This document shows positions 56,628 to 64,000 of a stretch of 64,000 nucleotides of DNA, piece after piece. Position 1 is the stretch's first letter; every line of letters begins with the position of its first letter. The notes under the pieces are model-generated. The model was not told where the DNA came from. It saw nothing but the letters and a program-made list of their open reading frames with translations, and ran no database searches. The position numbers were made by a program, and so were the translations under genes. Source of the stretch: an uncultured Solirubrobacteraceae bacterium (GTDB lineage: Bacteria; Actinomycetota; Thermoleophilia; Solirubrobacterales; Solirubrobacteraceae). Location of the stretch: contig CAWDZX010000001.1 of NCBI GenBank assembly GCA_963807275.1, positions 1,614,724 through 1,678,723 of the forward strand, read 5' to 3'.

Positions 56628-57470
56628 ATGAAGGAAGTCCTCGTTGTCGCGAACCGCACGCTCGGCGGCGCAAAGCTGCTCGAGGCCGTGCGCGAGCGAG
56701 CCGCGGCCGGCGACGTCCGCTTCCGCCTCGTCGTGCCGCAGAACAACCCTTCGGCGGGCCTCGTGATCTACGACGAGGCCGTGCGCGACTCGGCGCAGGC
56801 GCGCGTCGACCTCGCGCTCTCGCTCGTCGCCGGCGAGGGCATCGAGGCAAGCGGCGAAGTCGGCGACATCGACCCGTTCCTCGCGACGATGGACGCGATC
56901 GCCGCCCGCCGCCCGGACGAAATCCTGATCTCGACCTACCCGGCGGCGAGCTCCGGCTGGTTGCGCCGCGACCTCGTCGAGCGGATTCGCAACGCCTCCG
57001 GCTTGCCGGTGGAGCACGTCGTCGTCGACCTCGAGCAGGACGGCCTGCCGTTCAAGGTCACGCTCGTGCTCGCGAGCCGCACGGCCGGCGGCGACGAGCT
57101 GCTCGACCGGCTCAAGCAGAAGGCCGCCTCAGACGAGCAGCGGCTGTTCATCGTGATCGTGCCGCAACCGGACAAGAGCGGCAGCGCACCGCAGCTCGCG
57201 CGCGCGCGCCTGGCGACGATGCTCGATCGCCTGCACAGCGAGGGCCTGCTCGGCTCGGGCATGATCGCCGACCCCGACCCCTACACGGCGGCCGTTTACG
57301 CGCTCGACCTGTTCCGCGTCGATGACGTCGTCATCTCGACGCTGCCCGACGAGCGCTCGGGCTGGATGCGCGCGAACCTGATCGAGCGCGTGCAGCACAT
57401 GACCTCCGTGCCGGTCGAGCACGTCGTCGTCGACCTCCAGTCCACATCGACCGCGGCTTCGGCCGCCTAG
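56628..57470 (+). CDS. Tandem universal-stress-protein-like domain protein inside the oxidase operon
   Basis: Two homologous halves (EVLVVANRTLGG..LL...F.LVVPQ / TLVLASRTAGG..LL...FIVIVPQ; DEILISTYP..SSGWLR / DDVVISTLP..RSGWMR; PVEHVVVD twice). Confidence 0.65.
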   Translation: MKEVLVVANRTLGGAKLLEAVRERAAAGDVRFRLVVPQNNPSAGLVIYDEAVRDSAQARVDLALSLVAGEGIEASGEVGDIDPFLATMDAIAARRPDEILISTYPAASSGWLRRDLVERIRNASGLPVEHVVVDLEQDGLPFKVTLVLASRTAGGDELLDRLKQKAASDEQRLFIVIVPQPDKSGSAPQLARARLATMLDRLHSEGLLGSGMIADPDPYTAAVYALDLFRVDDVVISTLPDERSGWMRANLIERVQHMTSVPVEHVVVDLQSTSTAASAA

Positions 57471-57483
57471 CTGGGGAGGAACC

Positions 57484-58113
57484 GTGGAGGCAGCCAGCAT
57501 CGCGCACCCCGGCGTACACGCCGACGACGGCCACGGCGACCACCACGGCCCGCCGCCGGCGAACGCCAGCTCGCGCGTCAACCCATCGCTGCTCGGGATG
57601 CTGCTTTTCATCATCTCCGAGGTGATGGTCTTCGGCGCGTTCTTCACGGCGTACTTCTTCATCCGCGTCGCCCAGGGCGACCCGTGGCCGGCTCCCGGCA
57701 CGAAACTGCCGGTCGAAGTCGCCGGGATGAACACGGCGATCCTCGTCTCCTCCTCGTTCACGATCCACTGGGCCGAGCAGGCGATCAAGAAAGGCAACCG
57801 CTTCGGCCTGAAGGCCGGCATGCTGACGACGTTCCTGCTCGGCTGCACGTTCCTCTTCATCCAGATCAACGAGTACGCGAACATCGGCTTCGCCCCCCAG
57901 GACGCCGCCCAGCAGACGATCTTCTACTCGCTGACCGGCCTGCACGGCGCCCACGTCTTCATCGGCCTCTTGCTGCTCTTGTTCGTCACGATCAGAGCCT
58001 TCCGCGGCCATTACAGCGCCGAGTCCCATCGTGGCGTCGAAGTGCCCGGGATCTACTGGCATTTCGTCGACATCATGTGGCTGGTCGTCTACTTCACCGT
58101 CTACATCCTCTGA
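57484..58113 (+). CDS. ctaE: Cytochrome c oxidase subunit III
   Basis: GMLLFIISEVMVFGAFFTAY, NTAILVSSS, TGLHGAHV, YWHFVDIMW. Confidence 0.95.
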   Translation: MEAASIAHPGVHADDGHGDHHGPPPANASSRVNPSLLGMLLFIISEVMVFGAFFTAYFFIRVAQGDPWPAPGTKLPVEVAGMNTAILVSSSFTIHWAEQAIKKGNRFGLKAGMLTTFLLGCTFLFIQINEYANIGFAPQDAAQQTIFYSLTGLHGAHVFIGLLLLLFVTIRAFRGHYSAESHRGVEVPGIYWHFVDIMWLVVYFTVYIL

Positions 58114-58269
58114 TCTGTCGACCGTGGACGCTGCGCGAGACGGCGTCCTCGATCGCTCGCGTGCAGAGCACGCTTCGCTCACTGCGTCCTTGTCTCGCTT
58201 GATCCACGATCGACAGATCCGCGTCTTGCTCCAACCTGCGTCACGGCCTTCCCTCGCTGAGAGCACGTC

Positions 58270-58380
58270 GTGCTGAACCCGCTCGGGACCGAGGGGGATG
58301 CGTTCAAGTTCCTGCTGTACGTGCTCGGCGTGTTCGTCGTGCTCGTCGTCGTGATCCTGGCCGCTCGGGCGATCTTCTAG
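58270..58380 (+). CDS. 36-aa single-TM micropeptide MLNPLGTEGDAFKFLLYVLGVFVVLVVVILAARAIF (not in ORF track)
   Basis: GTG-TAG open frame with host-like codons (CTC/GTC/GTG) and one strong TM; co-oriented with ctaE. Confidence 0.55.
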   Translation: MLNPLGTEGDAFKFLLYVLGVFVVLVVVILAARAIF

Positions 58381-58433
58381 GCCACGAGGGACGCTCCTAG
58401 CCGCTCCTGCCGGGCGGGCGTATGCTCCGGCAG

Positions 58434-58562
58434 GTGAACCCTCAGAAACGAGCTCTGATCGGCGCAATCGAGACGATCGCCACGCTCGTCGTGATCCTCG
58501 CGATCGTCGCCTTCGTCGTCTGGTTCCTGTTCTTCGCGCACAGCCCGCTGTTGCGGGCCTAG
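58434..58562 (+). CDS. 42-aa single-TM micropeptide MNPQKRALIGAIETIATLVVILAIVAFVVWFLFFAHSPLLRA (in-frame ATG also at 58422)
   Basis: Open frame with host-like codon usage and one TM; co-oriented with the oxidase genes. Confidence 0.55.
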   Translation: MNPQKRALIGAIETIATLVVILAIVAFVVWFLFFAHSPLLRA

Positions 58563-58573
58563 CCGACAGACGG

Positions 58574-59380
58574 CTACTTCACCGTGAGCGTGCCGTACAT
58601 GCCCGCCTGACGGTGCCCTGGGGCCTCGCAGAAGAACGTGTACGTGCCGGCCTTGAGGCTGACCGTGACTTTCGCGGTGCTCTTCGTCGTGAATTCGCTG
58701 GCGCCGATCTTTGAGCCCTTGGCGGTAGCGCCGCCTTCGCCGGTTTCGATCGCGATGTTGTGCGAGACGCCGGACATGTTGGGCATTTCGACCGTCACCG
58801 AGCCGGCCGTCGCGGTGGCCTTGCTCGTTTCGTAGGCTAGCTGGCCCTGCGCGTTGGCGGCGATCGACAGCTTGCCGCCCTTCTCTTCGGCCGGCTTGCC
58901 GGAGCCCGGCGATTTGACGGCGCTCGCGAGCAGGCCGGTGTCCTTGCCGGACTTGTCGGCCGATTGCGCGACGTACGCGGCGATGTCTTTCAACGCCGAG
59001 CCGCTGACGAGGTTCTTCGGCATCGCGCCTTCGGGGTTCGGGATCTGGATCTGTTTTTCGACGGCGCCACGGATCGTGTCGCGCTTCAGCCCTTCGTCGA
59101 GGCTCGCGCGAAAGGCTTCGTCGAGGTTCGGGCCGACGACGCCTTTGGTTTCGGCGCGCGCGAGCGTGTGGCAGGAGCCGCACTTGGCGACGAACATCTT
59201 CTTGCCGGAGATCACGTTGGCGTTGTCGCCGCCCTTCACGGAGCAGCCGCTGGCGACAAGCGCGACCGCCGCGACGGCGCCGAGCGCCGACGCGCGCGCG
59301 ATCGCGCCCCGGAAAGGACGGCGGGCGGCGGTATCTACTGCGCTCTGGGCGTCGGCTCGGCTCATCGGCGGGCGAAACAC
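58574..59380 (-). CDS. Lipoprotein fusion: c-type cytochrome + cupredoxin (type-1 copper) domain
   Basis: Lipobox LVASGC; heme motif CGSCH with distal Met (AMP); C-terminal HNIAI...YTFFCEAPGHRQAGMYG (His, Cys, His, Met ligands). Confidence 0.88.
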   Translation of the reverse strand: MFRPPMSRADAQSAVDTAARRPFRGAIARASALGAVAAVALVASGCSVKGGDNANVISGKKMFVAKCGSCHTLARAETKGVVGPNLDEAFRASLDEGLKRDTIRGAVEKQIQIPNPEGAMPKNLVSGSALKDIAAYVAQSADKSGKDTGLLASAVKSPGSGKPAEEKGGKLSIAANAQGQLAYETSKATATAGSVTVEMPNMSGVSHNIAIETGEGGATAKGSKIGASEFTTKSTAKVTVSLKAGTYTFFCEAPGHRQAGMYGTLTVK

Positions 59381-59446
59381 TATCCGAACGGGCGGGTGCC
59401 TCGACGGCCGCTCGCCTGCCGCGCTACGCGCTCGCGAGCGCCGGTT

Positions 59447-61015
59447 TCACGGGGTCTGCAGCCCATCGAGCTCCCCGCGCGCCGCCGCGATCACGCCGCG
59501 TGCAACGCCGTCCCAGGACCAGCGCTCGCGCACGACCTCCACGAGACCCGCACGCGCGGCCGCGCGGAGCTCCGGATCGGCGCGCAGCCAGCCGCTGAGA
59601 CGGCTCGCCAGCGCCCGCACGGCGCCGTCGTCGACGGGGAAGGAGAGCAGTCCGGCGAACTCTTGCGGAACGCTCCGCGCGAGCGCGTCGCTGACCTCGG
59701 CAAGGCCCGAATGCGCGGCGCTCACCGGCAGCACGCCGCAGGCGGCCGCCTCGGCGGCGACCATCCCGAACGCCTCCGGGAACGTGCTCGGCACGACCAT
59801 CGCCTCGCACGCCGGGAGCAGCTCGGCGAGCTCCTCGTGATCGAGGCGGCCGCTCAGCACGACCCGCTGCTCGAGCGTCTTCGCCGCGGCGAGATAGCGA
59901 TCGAGCTCTGCCCCTTCGAGATCGTCGAAGAAGGCGAGCAGGTGGCGAAGCGGAGAAGGCTCGAGCGCCGCATCCTCGAGCGAGCGTCCCGCGCTGGCGA
60001 TCTCGCGCGCGCCGTCCAGATCGCCGCTCGCGAGCGCCGCGCGCAGGCGCTCGAAGCCCTCGCGATAGGCGCCGAATCCGACGACGACGAGCCGCGCGGC
60101 GGGGTCCTGCTGAAGCACGAGCGGCCACGCGGCGAGCAGCAGGTCGACGCCCTTGCTGACGATCAGCTTGCCGACGAACGCGACGAGCCTGTCCTCGCCC
60201 GGGCGCAGGCTCGCCAGCGCGAGCCCTGCCGCGCGATCGTCTCGCGCGAACGTGTCCTCGTCGCTGACCGCGCCCGGCAGCTGCTCGCTGGCCTGCAGGC
60301 GCGCCGCGAGCCGCTGCACGCCGGCGAGGGCCTCGGCCGGCGAGCGAGGCGCGAAGCGCTCGACGTCGACGCCCGGCGGGCCGAGGCGCGTACGCCGCTC
60401 GAGCCGTGGGTCGGCCAGCGCCTGCCACAGGCTCGCGGCTGTGTGATGAGAGCCGACGAGAACTCCGTTCGCCCGCTCGATGCCCTCGCGCGCGTAGGGA
60501 AGGAACCGATCGGGCTGCGGCTTCACGGTGTACTCGAGCGCGCTTCCGTGCACCTTGACCGCGTACGGGACCGCGCCGGCGAGCGCCCGCGCGAGGATCG
60601 CCGGGCCCATCACGAGATGGTTCGCCAGCGCGAGGTCCGGATCGACGCGCTCGACGAGCTCGCGCACGGCCGCGACGTTGGCCTCGACGTAGGCCTCGAC
60701 CTGCTCGTCGCTGCAGTCGGCGAACGTGCGCGCCTCGATCCCCTCGTAGTGATCGGCGACGTAGACCGGAAGCAGGCCGCCGATGTCCGGGCGGTAGACC
60801 GTGCAGCGCACCGGCTCGCGCAGCGCGCGCACCCGCAGGCTCCCCGAATCCCAGTCGCCGACGGCGTCGACGAACGGCTGACGCTCGGCGTGGCGATCCT
60901 GGCTGAGCAGGTGCACCTCGTGCCCCTGCGCGACGAATGCGGCCGCCAGGCGGGCGTTGTAGACGTTCGAGCCGGTGCCGTCGAGCAGGTAGCCGTGGAA
61001 GACGAGGATGCGCAC
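59447..61015 (-). CDS. Glycosyltransferase family 4 (GT-B)
   Basis: HGYLLDGTGSNVY, FVGKLIVSKG, VVPSTFPEAFGMVAAEAAACG; TAGGCT -10 lies 6 nt upstream. Confidence 0.92.
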   Translation of the reverse strand: MRILVFHGYLLDGTGSNVYNARLAAAFVAQGHEVHLLSQDRHAERQPFVDAVGDWDSGSLRVRALREPVRCTVYRPDIGGLLPVYVADHYEGIEARTFADCSDEQVEAYVEANVAAVRELVERVDPDLALANHLVMGPAILARALAGAVPYAVKVHGSALEYTVKPQPDRFLPYAREGIERANGVLVGSHHTAASLWQALADPRLERRTRLGPPGVDVERFAPRSPAEALAGVQRLAARLQASEQLPGAVSDEDTFARDDRAAGLALASLRPGEDRLVAFVGKLIVSKGVDLLLAAWPLVLQQDPAARLVVVGFGAYREGFERLRAALASGDLDGAREIASAGRSLEDAALEPSPLRHLLAFFDDLEGAELDRYLAAAKTLEQRVVLSGRLDHEELAELLPACEAMVVPSTFPEAFGMVAAEAAACGVLPVSAAHSGLAEVSDALARSVPQEFAGLLSFPVDDGAVRALASRLSGWLRADPELRAAARAGLVEVVRERWSWDGVARGVIAAARGELDGLQTP

Positions 61016-61068
61016 CGCGCGAGCCTACAGACCCCCTACCCGGGGGCCGCTCCGATAAAGTCCTGCGC

Positions 61069-61353
61069 ATGAGCACCAGCCAGCGCTATCGCCTGCGCAA
61101 CCCCGCCAGCGGGCGCGAGATCGTGCTCGAGGCGGAGCCGGGCGAGGTCTATCTCGATCGCGACACGGGCGAGCCGCTCGAGGTCACCGGGATGGTGCTT
61201 CCGCTCGCACCGTCCAGCTCACGCTTGCCGTGGGCCGTCGAGAACCTCAGGTTCTGCTCCTGGTGCGGCCAGCACGCGCAGAAGGACCTGAACGACTGCC
61301 CCACCTGCGGGCGACGCATGGGACCGCTTGGATCGCGGACGGGAGATCGTTGA
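61069..61353 (+). CDS. Small protein with C-terminal zinc ribbon
   Basis: CSWCG...DCPTCGRRM (CxxC-x9-CxxC). Confidence 0.7.
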   Translation: MSTSQRYRLRNPASGREIVLEAEPGEVYLDRDTGEPLEVTGMVLPLAPSSSRLPWAVENLRFCSWCGQHAQKDLNDCPTCGRRMGPLGSRTGDR

Positions 61354-61745
61354 GCGCGCGCGCCGTCGTCGTCGCGCTGGCACTGCTTCTTGCCGCTGGA
61401 ACGCTCGGCGCCTGTGGCGGCGGTAGCAGCCCGTCGGACGCCGTGCCGAAGAGCACGCCGGACATAACCGCACCAAACGACACGAGCGCCGAAAAGGCCG
61501 CCGCGCAGACGACCTCGACCTCGACATCGACGACCAAAACCTCGACGAGCGAAAGCGCGGCCAACGAATCGGGCGGCAACGAAGCGACCGAAGAACCCGA
61601 AAGCGGCGGCAGCTCAAGCGGCGCCGGTGAAGAAACCGCCACCCCCTCCGGCGGCGCTTCGGCCGAAAAAGAAGAAGCGGCCAGCGAAAAATCGGCCGCC
61701 GGCTCGAGCCCGACGGGCGGCGCCGGCGCTCCGACCGGCAAATAG
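61350..61745 (+). CDS. Low-complexity S/T/E/G-rich lipoprotein
   Basis: TTG overlaps the upstream stop; lipobox LGAC followed by a disordered tail. Confidence 0.65.
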   Translation: MSARAVVVALALLLAAGTLGACGGGSSPSDAVPKSTPDITAPNDTSAEKAAAQTTSTSTSTTKTSTSESAANESGGNEATEEPESGGSSSGAGEETATPSGGASAEKEEAASEKSAAGSSPTGGAGAPTGK

Positions 61746-61762
61746 TCGCGCCGGCGCGGCGC

Positions 61763-63535
61763 TCAGTCGAGCAGTCGCGCGACGACCCGCGTCGTGCGCT
61801 GCACCTGCGGGCCCGTCGCGAGCATCGCGTCGTTGTAGAGGAACGCCTCGGCCAGCCTGACGATCGCGTATGCGAGGTTGCGCAGCTCGTCCTCCGGCGT
61901 GCGCAGCGCACCGCGAGCGTGCTCCTCGATCAGCAGCGCATGCATCTGACTGACTGCGGCAGGATGGACGTGGCCGCTGCTGGACGTGAGCATCCGCAAG
62001 GTCCCCTGCGGATCGGCCTGCAGCAGCAGGTGCAGCGGTCGGAAGTTGGCGACGGCGCAGGCGAACTGTTCGTAGACGGCGAGCACCTTCGCCGTGCCGC
62101 GGAGAGCAGCGTGCTCCTCCTTCGCGCGCAACATCAACTCCGTCGAGAACGCCGCGATGATCTCACCAAGCAGCGATTCGCGGTCGCCGCACCAATCGTT
62201 CAAGCGCTCCAGCGGTACGCCCAGCCGCTCGGCGAGGGTCGCGAGCTCGACCGGTTCGCTCTTGACGAACATGCGCCTCGCAAGCTCAAAGGCGTCGGCC
62301 GGCGTCGGCTCGCGCTCCGTGCCCGGCGCCCTGCGCTCCTCGGCGGCGCGCGCCGCGAGCGAAGCCGCCGGTATCTCCAGCTGGACGCCGTCGTATGCCC
62401 TGCCAAGACAGACGCGGTTGCGTCCCTCGACCTTCGCGCGATACAGCGCGCGGTCGGCGGCGATCAGCAGATCGTCGAACTCGATCCGCTCGCGGCCGGC
62501 GACGCTCAGGCCAATCGACATCGTCATCTCGAGGCCCGCCGGGTGCGCGGCCGCGATGACCCTGCGCACCCGCTCGGCGACGGCCAGGGCGCGCGCCTCG
62601 TCGGTGCGCGGGAGCAGGACGACGAACTCCTCGCCGCCGTAGCGGTAGACGTAGTCGAGCGTGCGCACGTTGGCGCGCAGCACGCTTGCGACCTCGCGCA
62701 GGACGGCGTCGCCGACGTGGTGGCCCTGGCGGTCGTTGACCCGCTTGAAGTGATCGAGGTCGCCCATCAGCACCGCCAGCGGCGCCTCCGAGCTGCGCGA
62801 CCTCGCCAGCAGCTCGCTCGCGCGGGCGGCGAGCGCCTGGCGGTTGAACAGGCCCGTCAGCGGATCGATCACGGCGTCCGCCCGGTGCTTGACGTCCGAG
62901 CGCATCAGCGCCGTCGAGAGCACGACGACGCCGCCGAGCAGGACCAGGGCGACGATCAGCGACTCCGGGTGGGCGGCCACGGCGCCGGGGCTGACCCCGA
63001 CGGTCACGGCGATCATCACGATCACCGTCCACACGACGCCGACGGTCACGCCGCGCAGCTTGAAGCGCGTGCTCAGCTTGACCGCGTGGATCGCCAGCCA
63101 CGGCAAGAGCGCGCTGCGCGGGCCGCCGGTCACGACGATCGCCGCGCCGATCGCCGCCTGCGAGAACATCCAGGCGCCCATGAACCAGTACTCCGGACGC
63201 GGGCTGCGCGGCATGCGCGTGCCGGCCAGGGTGAAAGCGACGAATGACCCGGCGACTGCAAGCAGCGGCGAGAAGCCGAGCCACGGCACGAGGATCAGCG
63301 CCCCGGCAAGCAGCATCGCGAACGCCGCGAGCCGTGCCGAGCGCAGGTGGACCTCCATGTCGAGCAGCCGCCGGCGCGTCGGCTCGTCCTCGCACAGCAG
63401 GCTAACCGCCCGCTCGTGCGGCTCGGCCGGAGGCAGCGGACCCACGACGGGGCCGTCGTCGCGCTTGGGCCGGATCGGCGCATGCGGCCGCGAGCGGTCC
63501 GCCCCCAGCAGCCGCGAAGTCGAGATCGTCCTCAC
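61763..63535 (-). CDS. Membrane diguanylate cyclase fused to a C-terminal QsdR/TetR-like domain
   Basis: About 5-6 TMs; DPLTGLFNR, DLDHFKRVND..GH..GD, RTLD-x5-GGEEF (I-site and active site intact), ADRALY.AK..GRN; then FELARRMF...LAERLGV...W.GDRESLL...LAYAIVRLAEAFLY. Confidence 0.88.
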   Translation of the reverse strand: MRTISTSRLLGADRSRPHAPIRPKRDDGPVVGPLPPAEPHERAVSLLCEDEPTRRRLLDMEVHLRSARLAAFAMLLAGALILVPWLGFSPLLAVAGSFVAFTLAGTRMPRSPRPEYWFMGAWMFSQAAIGAAIVVTGGPRSALLPWLAIHAVKLSTRFKLRGVTVGVVWTVIVMIAVTVGVSPGAVAAHPESLIVALVLLGGVVVLSTALMRSDVKHRADAVIDPLTGLFNRQALAARASELLARSRSSEAPLAVLMGDLDHFKRVNDRQGHHVGDAVLREVASVLRANVRTLDYVYRYGGEEFVVLLPRTDEARALAVAERVRRVIAAAHPAGLEMTMSIGLSVAGRERIEFDDLLIAADRALYRAKVEGRNRVCLGRAYDGVQLEIPAASLAARAAEERRAPGTEREPTPADAFELARRMFVKSEPVELATLAERLGVPLERLNDWCGDRESLLGEIIAAFSTELMLRAKEEHAALRGTAKVLAVYEQFACAVANFRPLHLLLQADPQGTLRMLTSSSGHVHPAAVSQMHALLIEEHARGALRTPEDELRNLAYAIVRLAEAFLYNDAMLATGPQVQRTTRVVARLLD

Positions 63536-63542
63536 GCGCTGC

Positions 63543-63569
63543 CTATCGGCCGCTTGGGGCGATCCTCAA
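63543..63569 (-). promoter_or_regulatory. Sigma28/WhiG-like promoter of the DGC gene
   Basis: Minus strand TTGAG-N14-GCCGATAG, ending 7 nt before the GTG start. Confidence 0.55.
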
Positions 63570-63635
63570 ACTATGCAAAGCGCCACTCGGCAGACGATCC
63601 ACGCCGCCCGCCGCGTGCGCCCGCCTATCGGCTCG

Positions 63636-64000
63636 TCAGGGCGTCGAGACGAGCGTCGCGCTGTAGGTCAAGCGCGCCGTCTGGTACAGGCAGAAGTACT
63701 GGATTTCGGAGCCGATCGACGTGTGCGTGCTCTGCGCGCTCGTGCTCGCGCACTGCTTCTTTTCGCGACTAGCCCGCCACGAGGTGTCCTTGCCGAAGCC
63801 GAGCGCCAGCGCCGGTGCCCAGGTCGGCACGGTCAGCGCGACGATGTAGCCCTTCTTCACCGGGATCGAGCGTTCGAGTGGGAACTGAGCCGTTTTGCCG
63901 AAGTACTTTTCGAGCTTGACCATCGGGCTCGAAGCGATCAGCTTGTAAGTCAGGTTCGGTTTCTTCTGCGCTTGCAGGATCGCGATCCCCGCTTCGGCCG
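63636..64000 (-). CDS. C-terminal part of a hypothetical (probably secreted) protein, 5' end outside the window
   Basis: Frame is open from the window edge to the stop at 63636; beta-rich with a Cys pair; host-like codons. Confidence 0.6.
   Translation of the reverse strand, partial: AEAGIAILQAQKKPNLTYKLIASSPMVKLEKYFGKTAQFPLERSIPVKKGYIVALTVPTWAPALALGFGKDTSWRASREKKQCASTSAQSTHTSIGSEIQYFCLYQTARLTYSATLVSTP

Noticed and set aside
59350-59366. GCCGATGA near the cytochrome c-cupredoxin start as a sigma28 -10 (similar words at 6559 and 61051)
   Set aside because: No matching -35 at the right spacing; at 59350 the motif contains the gene's own ATG.

Overview
Very GC-rich actinobacterial chromosome segment. 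Gene content and family signatures point to Thermoleophilia/Solirubrobacterales (inference). Left to right: (1) a cobalamin-riboswitch-controlled ECF B12 uptake operon with two DUF4430-like capture proteins; (2) ArsR/SRPBCC genes divergent from clpP; (3) an apparently intact, translationally coupled Tn916/ICEBs1/pCW3-type (MPF_FA-like) conjugation module (TcpC, TcpD-like, TcpE, VirB4, VirB6-like, transglycosylase+NlpC/P60-like hydrolase) headed by its own ECF-like sigma factor, with no relaxase, coupling protein, integrase or att site visible in the window; (4) an accessory zone with a lipase, lon-hxlR, an MFS transporter, three type IV pilin paralogues (two with sigma28/WhiG-like promoters), a beta-helix protein, truncated haemoglobin and an EEP nuclease, ending at tRNA-Pro(TGG); (5) an HTH/LAGLIDADG-like gene with a perfect SOS (LexA) box beside the tRNA; (6) housekeeping genes (glyQS, beta-oxidation enzymes, ECF sigma-ogt, trxB); (7) a double heme-copper oxidase locus (one type A1 and one type A2 subunit I, two subunit II, one subunit III) with unannotated single-TM micropeptides, a tandem USP-like protein and a cytochrome c-cupredoxin fusion; (8) a membrane GGDEF protein fused to a QsdR/TetR-like domain, also preceded by a sigma28-like promoter. 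No CRISPR array, IS element or rRNA was seen. All family calls come from motif reading and recall, not database searches.
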